IMG/VR virus record: IMGVR_UViG_3300045120_000280
Span: 1 to 55,578 of that record
Reading direction: 5' to 3' (one strand)
DNA: 55,578 bases
Source of the DNA: a virus
Lineage: Duplodnaviria > Caudoviricetes
Below the pieces are notes generated by a model. The model was not told the DNA's origin. It was given only the letters and a program-made list of their open reading frames with translations, and made no database searches. A program made the translations under genes and the position numbers. Of the stretch, positions 18,049 to 26,962 are shown in pieces (within the stretch, counting starts at the first letter, position 1; every line of letters starts with the position of its first letter).

Positions 18049-18249
18049 ATGAGAATAAAACACACACTATGGCGCGTGAAGAACGGATGGCTGCTCGTTC
18101 CCGAAGGGGACAACGGCATCATCAAGTCTGAATGCGCCGACGAAATCATGGTGTTCAAAACACTAAAAGAATTTGCGGAATTTACCCCCAAGAGGGTGCG
18201 AAACCGCAAAGCAACAAAGAAAGAACCAGAACATGCCAATATCAATTAA
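18049..18249 (+). CDS. Hypothetical protein (66 aa)
   Basis: Follows a promoter. Confidence 0.65.
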   Translation: MRIKHTLWRVKNGWLLVPEGDNGIIKSECADEIMVFKTLKEFAEFTPKRVRNRKATKKEPEHANIN

Positions 18250-18496
18250 CGTCAACGTCGAGAAGATCGACAAAGACCGTTTTTTCCAAGGAAAGAAAGG
18301 TCGATACATGGACTTGGTGCTGTTTGAGACACCGGAATCCGAATACGGAGACTACATGGTGAAGCAGCGCGGGGACAAAGGTGAGAAGATGCCGATTCTC
18401 GGTAACGGGAAATACTTCAAGCCAAAAGACAAGGAAGGAAAAACCGATGAACCAGCCAGCGGCGGAGACAAACCAGCCAAAAAAGACCCCTGGTAA
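18233..18496 (+). CDS. Putative single-stranded DNA-binding protein
   Basis: KIDKDRFFQGKKGRYMDL...PILGNGK core with a flexible tail ending DPW, similar to the SSB DIPF tail. Confidence 0.55.
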   Translation: MPISINVNVEKIDKDRFFQGKKGRYMDLVLFETPESEYGDYMVKQRGDKGEKMPILGNGKYFKPKDKEGKTDEPASGGDKPAKKDPW

Positions 18497-18692
18497 TCCC
18501 TGCCCCGGGTGTGGTTGCCCTTATCCGGGCGACCACACTCAGGATTGCAAGTGGACTACGGAACAACGCATCAAGGCATTGGAAGGCCAAGTACTGGTGC
18601 TGGCTGACCTGACCAGCAAACTGGCAGACCAGCTTTGCCATCATCAGGAGAGTTTCCTGAGATTACTCAAAGTGATGCAACCCAATGGCTGA
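18447..18692 (+). CDS. Hypothetical protein (CxxC plus coiled coil)
   Basis: ATG 18447; overlaps both neighbours. Confidence 0.55.
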   Translation: MNQPAAETNQPKKTPGNPCPGCGCPYPGDHTQDCKWTTEQRIKALEGQVLVLADLTSKLADQLCHHQESFLRLLKVMQPNG

Positions 18693-19137
18693 TGACGATC
18701 AGGGTGACCTGTTCAGCTGGAACGGCCACAGGCGAAAGACCAGAGCAGATCAAATCTACGCTGCCTTCCGCAAATACCACCTAGCCAACCCAATCGTATA
18801 TGAATTGATTGAGAAACAGGCTCTTGAAAGGATTCGGCAGGGATACAAGAATTACGGAATTGCCAAGTGCATTGAGGATATTCGCTGGACAACCCCAAGT
18901 CATCTTATTGCCAAAGCTGGTGGCCTCAAAATCCGCAATGACTTCCGCGCCTATTATGCCCGCATGTTTCATGCACACCATCCGGAGCATGCAGGATTCT
19001 TCCGAACCCGAAAGAGGCCAAGCACAGACAGGCCGGAATTTCCCGGTGACCCTGACCCCAAGATTGACCCACCTGACCTTCCCCCGGACATAGATTTGGA
19101 CAACAAACTGAGAGCACTAATCACCGAAACACTATGA
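18685..19137 (+). CDS. Conserved-type phage hypothetical protein
   Basis: F..YH..NP.VY...IRW...KI.ND.RAYYAR.F...FF..R pattern. Confidence 0.75.
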   Translation: MADDDQGDLFSWNGHRRKTRADQIYAAFRKYHLANPIVYELIEKQALERIRQGYKNYGIAKCIEDIRWTTPSHLIAKAGGLKIRNDFRAYYARMFHAHHPEHAGFFRTRKRPSTDRPEFPGDPDPKIDPPDLPPDIDLDNKLRALITETL

Positions 19138-19337
19138 AACAACCCGAAGTGAAACTTAAACCCGAAGCGCACAAAGCGAGACATGAGGAATTACACGCTG
19201 CTCTGGATGAATTGTTTGCCGACTACATCAACCATCACCCCGACCAGCATGGTTTCCTTAACATGCCAATCCTCCAACTGATTGAGTGGAGTAAAACACA
19301 AACAGAACACCCCGATGAAACTTACGAATCGTTTTAA
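19134..19337 (+). CDS. Hypothetical protein (67 aa)
   Basis: ATGA-coupled. Confidence 0.65.
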   Translation: MKQPEVKLKPEAHKARHEELHAALDELFADYINHHPDQHGFLNMPILQLIEWSKTQTEHPDETYESF

Positions 19338-20238
19338 CCTACCCGAACCCTTTGTTGCCGCTGTCAGCAGCGACGATTACGAACGCGGAACCGCCGAGTA
19401 CACTGCGACTGAGCTAATCAAACCCAGTCGCATTGTTGCGTACTCCAGAAAGTACGACGCTGAAATGACCGAGGATGCCTCTGATCGGGTCTGGCGTTTC
19501 CAAGGGCAGACAAAGCACGTTGTCCTTGAGCGCATCGCCAAGACCCATCCCGAGCGTTACATCGTGGAAGAACGCTTTCAAGCCACCATGCCCGGTACTG
19601 GCGCGATCATCAGCGGCAAGATTGACCTTTACGACAAGCAAGACCGCATCCTTTATGACTGGAAAGAAACCAGCGTGTGGAAATTTTTGATCGGGGACAC
19701 AGAGGAATGGGAGTGCCAAGCGAACATAAATTTATATCTAATGCGTCAGGCTGCCCATCATCCGGTGAGTCTCATGAACATCGCCATTCTAAAAGACTGG
19801 AAGGCGCGAGAGGCACGGTTCAGCCGGAAGCCTGACTACCCCAAGTGCGCTGTCCATGTCATGCCGCTCCCGATGTGGAGCATCGGACAGGCTCAGGATT
19901 ACATCAACAAGCGGGTGGAGAAACACCGCGCAGAGGCGGCTAACCCTCCGGTCTGCAACAAAAAGGAACGCTGGCAGCGAGACGCAAGTTTCGCTGTCAT
20001 GCGTACCGACCGGAAAAGGGCCGTGAAACTCTGCATGTCGCGCGATCAGGCCGAGGCAGTCATGATGCACTCCATGAAGATCGCTCCCCCGGGGGACGCC
20101 AAGAAATTCTTCATTGAGGAACGCGCAGCCGAGCCGGTGCGCTGCCTCGACTTTTGCGGAGTGCAACTACAATGCGACTTCGGCATGGAAGCGGAAACCA
20201 AATGGAAGGAAAAACATGAGTCTAAAAAAGAGGATTAA
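19315..20238 (+). CDS. PD-(D/E)XK (Cas4/RecB-like) exonuclease
   Basis: G..KH..LE, EERF, SGKIDL, DWKET, Q.N.N motifs; C-terminal RC..FC...C. Confidence 0.85.
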   Translation: MKLTNRFNLPEPFVAAVSSDDYERGTAEYTATELIKPSRIVAYSRKYDAEMTEDASDRVWRFQGQTKHVVLERIAKTHPERYIVEERFQATMPGTGAIISGKIDLYDKQDRILYDWKETSVWKFLIGDTEEWECQANINLYLMRQAAHHPVSLMNIAILKDWKAREARFSRKPDYPKCAVHVMPLPMWSIGQAQDYINKRVEKHRAEAANPPVCNKKERWQRDASFAVMRTDRKRAVKLCMSRDQAEAVMMHSMKIAPPGDAKKFFIEERAAEPVRCLDFCGVQLQCDFGMEAETKWKEKHESKKED

Positions 20239-20335
20239 ACTTTTCTGGCACTGCCTGATTCGCTTTCACCGGCCAGCCTACGACAACCTTTACCCCGACA
20301 AGTCCTTTTGTTGGGACTGTGACTACATGCCATGA
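20216..20335 (+). CDS. Small Cys/His protein (39 aa)
   Basis: ATG 20216; stop is ATGA-coupled to the next gene. Confidence 0.5.
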   Translation: MSLKKRIKLFWHCLIRFHRPAYDNLYPDKSFCWDCDYMP

Positions 20336-20553
20336 GCGACCAACCCAAACCCGCGTCAGGCATGGAAACTGAATTGCCCACCGAGATTCACGTTAAGATT
20401 GACCCATCACTCTTACCCAAACCCGCGACAGGCGAATGGACGGTGTATTCAGTGATGAAACTGCGACAGAAGCACTGGCACGAAGAAGATAAAAACAACG
20501 CCATAGCTATTGCCCACAACGCCGCACTCGCCGCCGAGAGGAAGAAGAAATGA
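20332..20553 (+). CDS. Hypothetical protein (73 aa)
   Basis: ATGA-coupled. Confidence 0.65.
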   Translation: MSDQPKPASGMETELPTEIHVKIDPSLLPKPATGEWTVYSVMKLRQKHWHEEDKNNAIAIAHNAALAAERKKK

Positions 20554-20903
20554 TAGACGACGACGAAATCAAAGACATCGAGAAGAAGATGCAGGAGTGC
20601 ATCGCTGATCTTCGCAAAGCCGCTCCGCACGTTGGGGCAGCACGACAGGTCAAGGAATTTTCAAGTGACCAGCGCAAGAACGCCATGGCCGCCGAGCAGA
20701 TCAAATTCATTTCACGCGGGGAATCCGTGTCGGCGGCTGAGAACCTTGCCCGCTCCAGCCCTGTCTATCTGGAGAAATTCAAGCAACTGGAGAAAGACTA
20801 CGCCAATGCCTGTGCCACCATAGCCAACTGGGAAGCCACCTTATCCAGATTTGAAGCGTGTAGGTCTATGTTAGCGATGGCCCGTCAAACCCTTGGTTTA
20901 TGA
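20550..20903 (+). CDS. Helical hypothetical protein ending RSMLAMARQTLGL
   Basis: Coiled-coil-like; the last codons are AT-rich compared with the rest of the gene. Confidence 0.75.
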   Translation: MIDDDEIKDIEKKMQECIADLRKAAPHVGAARQVKEFSSDQRKNAMAAEQIKFISRGESVSAAENLARSSPVYLEKFKQLEKDYANACATIANWEATLSRFEACRSMLAMARQTLGL

Positions 20904-21301
20904 GATTAGGTTCCAAAATGTCAAAGCAGCAGAGAATGAACGTAGGCACAGGAAGAAAACGTGCTTGGGACTCTTTGCCTGTAGAGGAACAAAAGCGGAT
21001 AGCGGATAAACTAATAAAAGACCGTTCAGAATATCTGAAGACGCACCCGGGGAATAGGGCCGGTCAAATAACTCCGGATGCGGTCAGGCGCAAACTCTCA
21101 CGCGCTACCAAGCGATGGAGAAACTCTGTTCGGAACGAATGTATGGTTTCACTGAATGGTAAATGGTCTCGACGTTTTGACCATTGCACTGTTTGTGGCA
21201 CACGATCTTATCGTCACAGCAGCCATGGCGTTTGCACTTCCTGTGACTGTAAAAGACGCCGCTCCATGCTGGCCATGGCGAGGCAGACACTGGGACTGTG
21301 A
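20900..21301 (+). CDS. Inserted basic protein with NUMOD3-like and Zn-binding motifs (homing-endonuclease-related)
   Basis: TPDAVRRKLSRA; WS..FDHCTVCGT...H.SHGVC..C; lower GC; ends in the same 13 aa as the upstream gene. Confidence 0.6.
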   Translation: MRLGSKMSKQQRMNVGTGRKRAWDSLPVEEQKRIADKLIKDRSEYLKTHPGNRAGQITPDAVRRKLSRATKRWRNSVRNECMVSLNGKWSRRFDHCTVCGTRSYRHSSHGVCTSCDCKRRRSMLAMARQTLGL

Positions 21302-21438
21302 GTTTCCTCGTAAGCTGGATGGCATTCATCGCCTGGAACTGGTGGATGATTAACTTCTACCGCGACACCCGGGGCGAGTCGATCAGGGACGTCTGCAACC
21401 GCGCTGCGGATTGGCTTTACGATATTGGGAACAAATAA
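21298..21438 (+). CDS. Small Trp-rich, possibly membrane protein (46 aa, MSFLVSWMAFIAWNWW...)
   Basis: GTGA-coupled; translated by hand. Confidence 0.55.
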   Translation: MSFLVSWMAFIAWNWWMINFYRDTRGESIRDVCNRAADWLYDIGNK

Positions 21439-21467
21439 TTGACAAACCCCGGGTACGGGGGCTTAAT
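21439..21467 (+). promoter_or_regulatory. Promoter
   Basis: TTGACA-17-CTTAAT, with CCCCGGG in the spacer; 8 nt before GTG 21476. Confidence 0.55.
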
Positions 21468-21475
21468 CGTACTCC

Positions 21476-21667
21476 GTGAAAACTACTCATACCAGCGCAA
21501 TGGGCGGAGGATACGGAATCAATCGCAATCTTAAGGCGGCCTCGCATCTCGGGGTGGCATGCACACCGCATGCTGGAAAAGGGTGTGTTGTGCCGGGATT
21601 GAACAAGCAGATGCCGGGAACCAGGAAGTCAGGCTACGCTAAGATCAGCGTTAAGAAGAACGCTTGA
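21476..21667 (+). CDS. Small basic Gly-rich protein (63 aa)
   Basis: GTG start after a promoter. Confidence 0.55.
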   Translation: MKTTHTSAMGGGYGINRNLKAASHLGVACTPHAGKGCVVPGLNKQMPGTRKSGYAKISVKKNA

Positions 21668-21681
21668 GGGAGTAATTCCCC

Positions 21682-22314
21682 ATGACGTACGACGAATGGG
21701 AACAATCTCAATTCGATAAGAACCCGTCTCCAGTCGGCGGGATGACCATGGGGGGAAACTCGCCCCCGCTGCCACCACCGAACAACGCAGGTGGACTGCT
21801 TCCAAGTTTCGGATACGACACCGGGAGCAAAATTTACAACGCTTTCCGTGGTGTGGAGAACTTCCTTCGTCCACGCCCCACCACCAATCCTTCCTTCGCT
21901 CCCATGGGCGGCGGCCAGCCTTCCTTTTCGGTGCCGCCGGGAGAGCGACAGGCACTTCAGATGCCCGGTCTTCAGCGCGTGATGGACGCTCGACGCCGAA
22001 TGCTCGATCTGGCCGACCCTCAGGTTAGGGCAGGAATTCCTCCACCTAGTTTACGGAAAACTTTAAGAAACTGGTGGGATCGCACCGGATACCAGGAGCC
22101 ACCAAACTTCAGGGCCATGCCAAGAATGAACTCCGGGCCTGAGGCGACACCATATCCACGGCCTCCGTGGCTCAATATGCGGAACTGGATGGACACCGGC
22201 GAGCGAGGGCCGCTTCCATTGCAGTCATACCGCCCCGGGGGTTATCCAGCTCCAGCCAATCCGCAGATGCCGGAGGCATACGACACCTTGACCTCAGGTG
22301 GCGCATTGGCATGA
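21682..22314 (+). CDS. Pro-rich low-complexity protein (210 aa)
   Basis: GAGGGAG RBS; N-terminus MTYDEWEQSQF resembles that of the next gene. Confidence 0.7.
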   Translation: MTYDEWEQSQFDKNPSPVGGMTMGGNSPPLPPPNNAGGLLPSFGYDTGSKIYNAFRGVENFLRPRPTTNPSFAPMGGGQPSFSVPPGERQALQMPGLQRVMDARRRMLDLADPQVRAGIPPPSLRKTLRNWWDRTGYQEPPNFRAMPRMNSGPEATPYPRPPWLNMRNWMDTGERGPLPLQSYRPGGYPAPANPQMPEAYDTLTSGGALA

Positions 22315-22320
22315 CGCGCC

Positions 22321-24270
22321 ATGAGTTTCGAGGAATGGTATGACCAGCATTTCGGGTCAGCCGACCCAAATGTAGTCAAAGCCGGAAACATCGACCTTGG
22401 CGACCGTCCGGCGGTCTACAACGAAGACGGCACGGTAAGCACCGAAAGATCGTTCTCCATCGGAGACGAGTATGGCCGCGAAACCCTGATCCCTCAGGTT
22501 GTCGGCGGGAAGATGCTCAGTAAGAAAGACGCCATTAAGCACTATCGGGAGACAGGAGAGCACCTTGGAATCTACAAGGATATTCCCACGGCCAACGCTT
22601 ACGCCGACGCGATTCACAACCGGACTCCGAGGCTCGACACACCGGAAACATTTCCGGCAGGAAACCTTTTTCAGTCCGTCCGGGACTTGCCGGGATGGGC
22701 GGCCTATCGAATGTATCGCGGTGCCACCCGCAACGACTTGCCCGGGGAAGGCCCAAGCGCGCGGGAGCAGGAAGCTGCCGGTGTTATTCCACCGCCGTAC
22801 CAGCGGGGATCATTCAGTGTTGATAACGCCCGCGCCAACCTCAGGGACATAAAGAATGCGATTCTACCACCGGGGTTCTCAGTCCAGCGTGGACTTGATA
22901 GTGCCTTAGCTCCAGCCAAATGGTTGTTCAACGAAGTTCGGCAGGGCGTGTTACCCGATGAAGCCATCGAGGAAATCAAACGCAATCCCTATTCGCCTCG
23001 CTCCATTGAGTACATGACGCAGGCCGCCATCAGTCTAAGCGGCGGTAAAGGCGGCAGGGAAGTGCCGATGGGGCCAAGACCTGTGCCACGACGGGTATGG
23101 GATATGTGGAATCCCACAGATCATCCCGGGGTAAAGGTGGATGAGATGGGAAATCACTACGAGGCAACCGGCACCCATTACGATAAGGCCACGGGCGAAT
23201 CTCACATTGTCGTTAAGCCAACGGCTCCCGTTCCGCCACCTGAAGGAACATCCACTGGCATAAGTCCCAAGGAAGCACCACCAGGTACTGACCTCTTAAA
23301 GAAAACCATCGGTGATGCCTACGACGCGGCGGGTAAATCGTACAATCCCACGACATGGGAAGAACTAACACCGTGGCAGAAAGAGTGGTTTGAGAATCAA
23401 TGGAAGCTAGGTAACAGCCCATCCATGAAGGATGTGCCAGCCGAAGGAACAGGATTCGGGTCAGGGTTAGTTAAACCTGAAGACTGGCAGGATAATCCTT
23501 TCCAGAAGTTTATGGAAAAGACGTACCCCGGAGGAACGAGCGGGCCGTTTCCAGACCCTGAAACGCTTCCACCGGGTGAACTGTCTAAGCCATCTGAGCC
23601 TCTGAAGCCAGAACCTGGCAGCGCGATGGATGACCTTCAGAAGTCGCAGGAGTTACAAAAGGCGGTGGAAGACTGGAAAAAGAAACATGGCGGGCTAAAT
23701 CCATTTGAGCCACCGCCGTCAGTCGGAGACGATTTTCCGGAAATGCCACCCGGTGTTACGCCTGAAGATTACTGGAACCAAAATAAACCGGAAGGTGCAG
23801 GAAAGTACTGGGACAACCTCAATGACCCGAAATACTGGGATAGGAAGGACTCAGGGCCGCTCACAGGCCAGGCATGGGCGGATATTTATGCTACCCCGGA
23901 TGTGGAGTTCACGGTTGGGCCTAAGAAGCCAGCGGAACCCGGGACTCCGGAGTACCTGGACGAGACGCTCGACATCTTTAAGAACTTTGCTGACAAGTAT
24001 GGCGTTGAGCCTTATTCTCCGCCACCATCCGATTATCCCTCTGGAACGATACTGCCACCAGACCCAGGAGAATCACCGGCTGATTGGTGGAAACGGTACA
24101 CCTATCACAGAACGTGGCATCATCCTGGTGATAAATCATTCCCTGAACCTCCAACTGGGCCTACAAAAACGCCAAAGCCGCCAGCAAACTGGGACGACCT
24201 TTCACCAGAGCAACGGCAGGCTTGGTTTGACCGCTGGAAACCGCCAGAGCACGGCGGGAACAATCTCTAA
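22321..24270 (+). CDS. Pro-rich protein (649 aa) with an N-terminal domain shared with the giant ejection protein
   Basis: GNID...PAVYNED..RS..I....LIP.V....AI..YR.TGEHLG motif. Confidence 0.8.
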   Translation: MSFEEWYDQHFGSADPNVVKAGNIDLGDRPAVYNEDGTVSTERSFSIGDEYGRETLIPQVVGGKMLSKKDAIKHYRETGEHLGIYKDIPTANAYADAIHNRTPRLDTPETFPAGNLFQSVRDLPGWAAYRMYRGATRNDLPGEGPSAREQEAAGVIPPPYQRGSFSVDNARANLRDIKNAILPPGFSVQRGLDSALAPAKWLFNEVRQGVLPDEAIEEIKRNPYSPRSIEYMTQAAISLSGGKGGREVPMGPRPVPRRVWDMWNPTDHPGVKVDEMGNHYEATGTHYDKATGESHIVVKPTAPVPPPEGTSTGISPKEAPPGTDLLKKTIGDAYDAAGKSYNPTTWEELTPWQKEWFENQWKLGNSPSMKDVPAEGTGFGSGLVKPEDWQDNPFQKFMEKTYPGGTSGPFPDPETLPPGELSKPSEPLKPEPGSAMDDLQKSQELQKAVEDWKKKHGGLNPFEPPPSVGDDFPEMPPGVTPEDYWNQNKPEGAGKYWDNLNDPKYWDRKDSGPLTGQAWADIYATPDVEFTVGPKKPAEPGTPEYLDETLDIFKNFADKYGVEPYSPPPSDYPSGTILPPDPGESPADWWKRYTYHRTWHHPGDKSFPEPPTGPTKTPKPPANWDDLSPEQRQAWFDRWKPPEHGGNNL

Positions 24271-24271
24271 A

Positions 24272-24310
24272 CAAAAAGGGCGGCAGGTACACCGATGAAC
24301 CTACCGCCCA
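24272..24310 (-). terminator. Intrinsic terminator oriented for the minus strand (possibly bidirectional)
   Basis: GGGCGGTAGGT...ACCTGCCGCCC followed by TTTTTGTTT on the minus strand. Confidence 0.65.
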
Positions 24311-24524
24311 GTTTCGTCTCACTTCATCTACGATGAACACTTAACCTGAGGCGAAAAATAAATCTGAAAAAAAGTTTGTCAACACATCCGGAAACGTGTT
24401 TAGTGCGTTTCCATGCACGTAAGGAACACTTCGCTCCAACCTTCCGGTGGGTGCTCTGTGTGTATCTCATGCGACAAGTGTGACCTACGTGCAAAGCACG
24501 GAGTACCCACCGGAGGGGTGGCGC

Positions 24525-24848
24525 ATGTCTGAGATTCAGGGAGCGTTCTTTCAGGAATGCACCCATCCGCACAAGGTCGTTGTAGCGGAAAAGCGCGGGC
24601 CGCACACAGCCAAGCTGGTTTGTAAACACTGCAAGAAATTCTTCCAGTGGGTGCCATCCGCTGAGAACGTCCAGCAGCGCAAAGAGAACACTGAAATTTT
24701 AACTGCGCTCGCCAAGCTGGAGCTGCCAGCATGGGAGCGCGAATTCGTGAGGACACTCGTCACTCACAGAAACATCAGTCCCAAGCAGCAGACGAAGCTA
24801 CTTGAGCTGCGGGACATCTACCTGAAAGACAAGAGGACTCACGTATGA
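24525..24848 (+). CDS. Zn-ribbon protein upstream of the primase
   Basis: C.H....GPH.AKL.C..CKKF.QW motif, then a helical WE..F...S.KQ segment. Confidence 0.7.
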   Translation: MSEIQGAFFQECTHPHKVVVAEKRGPHTAKLVCKHCKKFFQWVPSAENVQQRKENTEILTALAKLELPAWEREFVRTLVTHRNISPKQQTKLLELRDIYLKDKRTHV

Positions 24849-26767
24849 CCGTATCCATGGTGAAACGCTGTCACCAGACCGAAACCAGCCCCATCACGTT
24901 TGAGGAAATCTGGTCGGTCACACGCAACGGAGATCACGGACTCAAAGAGAAGATCACGCAAATACGTAACCGCTACGAAGCTGAACGGGATATAACCGGA
25001 GATGCGGTGAAGGCCAAGAAAGCTGTGGCCGACCTGAAGATGGAGCTGCCGGGATTCCTGCCTTCGGGGACGTTCACCACGCGCAACAATAACGCTCTGG
25101 TGGAATACTCCGGAATCCTGTGCGCCGATCTGGACTCCCTTGGTGACCGGTTGACCGCCATCAGGAACACGCTCAAGGACATGCCGTTTGTCCGGGCTAT
25201 CGCGCTGTCGCCATCAGGAGACGGGCTGAAGGTTTTCTTTAACGTCATTAACGATCCACTCAGGCATGAGGACTCGTTCCGAAACATCAAAATAGGCATC
25301 CGGGAGAGCCTGGAAGTGGATATTGACGAAAAGTGCAAAGACCTGGCCCGAATCTGCTTCTTTACGTACGATCCTGACCTTTGGGTCAGAATGGACGGCA
25401 ACGAGATATTTCCGCCTGCGGAGCCGTTGCCCCGGGGTAGGACATTTGTAGGAAACGCTCCGCATGATCCTACAAGTCTGACGTCAGCCGACGTCAACTC
25501 GCGCGAGCAGATCGCGTTCAGGCTCCTTGGGGAATTGCGGCCCGCGCCGGAGAAGGGCGGCTTCTTCGTGGCTTGCCCCGGGGTTGGCTTCCACACCAAC
25601 AAGAGCGGGGATAAGCACACCATTTTATTTCTGGAAACTGTCCCTACATTGCATTGCCAGCATTTGAGTTGTTCCCATGTTGTTGAGTCCTTCAACAAGG
25701 TGCTCCGCTCGGAAATCGCCAAAGCCGAGTTTCGGCCCGAGCCGCCGAAAGACCCGTTTGGGAAGAATGGAGCGGCAGTCGAGGACGACACCAAAAAAGA
25801 AGACGAATGGGCGGAATCCCTTGGTAAATCGTTCGTTACGTCGAAAGAACTGAAGGGACTCACCATCGTCCCGAGGAAGAAACTCATGGACGAGTGGTTC
25901 CGCGAGGGCGATTTGGGTTACATCTTCGGATTCCGTGGAGTGGCCAAAACATGGTTTGCCCTTGGACTGAGCACCGCGTTATCCACAGGGGCGAAATTCG
26001 GGGAATGGCCAGCGCACGAAGCCGTGGAAGTGGCCTATCTGGATAGCGAAATGCCAGCCGAGGACATTCGTTCCCGCGTCCTGGGGCTTGGATTGGACGA
26101 AAGCGAGCATTTCCACCTTCTGAACCATGAGCTGCTGTTTGAGCGCACCGGCAAGGTGGTCAACGTCAACAACATCGTCATCCAGAAGGCGATTACGCGC
26201 TATTGCATCCTGAACCGGATTCAGGTGCTGGTCGTGGATAACCTTTCCACGGCGGCCTACGGCATGCGGGAGAATGAGGCCGATAGCTGGGAGCAGATGA
26301 ATCGCTGGCTGCTTGAGTTACGGCGCGAGAAGATTTCCGTGGTCATCGTCCACCACGCGGGCCGCGCGGGCAACATGCGCGGCACTTCCAAGCGCGAGGA
26401 TGCGGCATTCTGGATCATTCAGCTCGATGACGCCAAGAAAGACTCCGACGACCGCAATGGCGCGCGGTTTATCACCCGATTCACTAAAGCCAGCCGGAAC
26501 ACCCAAACGGACGTTCCAGCCTACGAATGGCACTTCCTGACCGACTTCGCCACCAACGAAGTGTCCGTAACCTGCAAGAAAAGCGAGGGATTGGCCGTAT
26601 TCCATGCCGTGCTGGAGTCCGGAGTCACCAAACCCAGTGAGATCGCCAAAGTGATGGGAATTCAGGATTATCAAGTTTCCAGGCTCGCCAAGAAAGCCAT
26701 CGACATGGGGTGGTTGGAAAGAGCCAGCCGAGGCGAATACCGACTGGTTGAAATTAGCCCATCATGA
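24845..26767 (+). CDS. Primase-helicase (BT4734/VirE-N-type N-terminal domain plus AAA_25 RepA-like helicase)
   Basis: PSGTF..R....YSGILCADLD, SPSGDGLK, KDLARICF; Walker A GFRGVAKT, YLDSEM, VVDNL, HHAG..MRGTS; C-terminal HTH. Confidence 0.85.
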   Translation: MTVSMVKRCHQTETSPITFEEIWSVTRNGDHGLKEKITQIRNRYEAERDITGDAVKAKKAVADLKMELPGFLPSGTFTTRNNNALVEYSGILCADLDSLGDRLTAIRNTLKDMPFVRAIALSPSGDGLKVFFNVINDPLRHEDSFRNIKIGIRESLEVDIDEKCKDLARICFFTYDPDLWVRMDGNEIFPPAEPLPRGRTFVGNAPHDPTSLTSADVNSREQIAFRLLGELRPAPEKGGFFVACPGVGFHTNKSGDKHTILFLETVPTLHCQHLSCSHVVESFNKVLRSEIAKAEFRPEPPKDPFGKNGAAVEDDTKKEDEWAESLGKSFVTSKELKGLTIVPRKKLMDEWFREGDLGYIFGFRGVAKTWFALGLSTALSTGAKFGEWPAHEAVEVAYLDSEMPAEDIRSRVLGLGLDESEHFHLLNHELLFERTGKVVNVNNIVIQKAITRYCILNRIQVLVVDNLSTAAYGMRENEADSWEQMNRWLLELRREKISVVIVHHAGRAGNMRGTSKREDAAFWIIQLDDAKKDSDDRNGARFITRFTKASRNTQTDVPAYEWHFLTDFATNEVSVTCKKSEGLAVFHAVLESGVTKPSEIAKVMGIQDYQVSRLAKKAIDMGWLERASRGEYRLVEISPS

Positions 26768-26773
26768 CCACAC

Positions 26774-26962
26774 TCTTGCAAACATCTTGCATCAACTCTT
26801 GCAGTAGGAGAGGCCAGTTCTTGCGTTCTAGCAGCCTATACTGTTGTGCAAGATGCAAGAACTCAGTTATCGTTCATTTTCAACGCTTTATGAGCCTAAG
26901 CCAAAAAGTCCGTCTTGCACTCTTGCAGGAGAGCCGTTTTGCACTCTTGCATAGTTCTTGCA
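26774..26962. repeat. TCTTGCA iteron cluster (putative replication origin)
   Basis: Direct copies at 26774, 26785, 26797, 26913, 26921, 26945 and 26956; inverted copies at 26847 and 26854; near-matches at 26819 and 26937. Confidence 0.75.

Noticed and set aside
19315-20238. Cas4-like nuclease as evidence of a CRISPR system
   Set aside because: No repeat-spacer array or other cas genes; stand-alone PD-(D/E)XK exonucleases are common in phages.
20900-21301. Group I or II intron interpretation of the insertion
   Set aside because: No intron core motifs seen, and the upstream gene is already complete without splicing.
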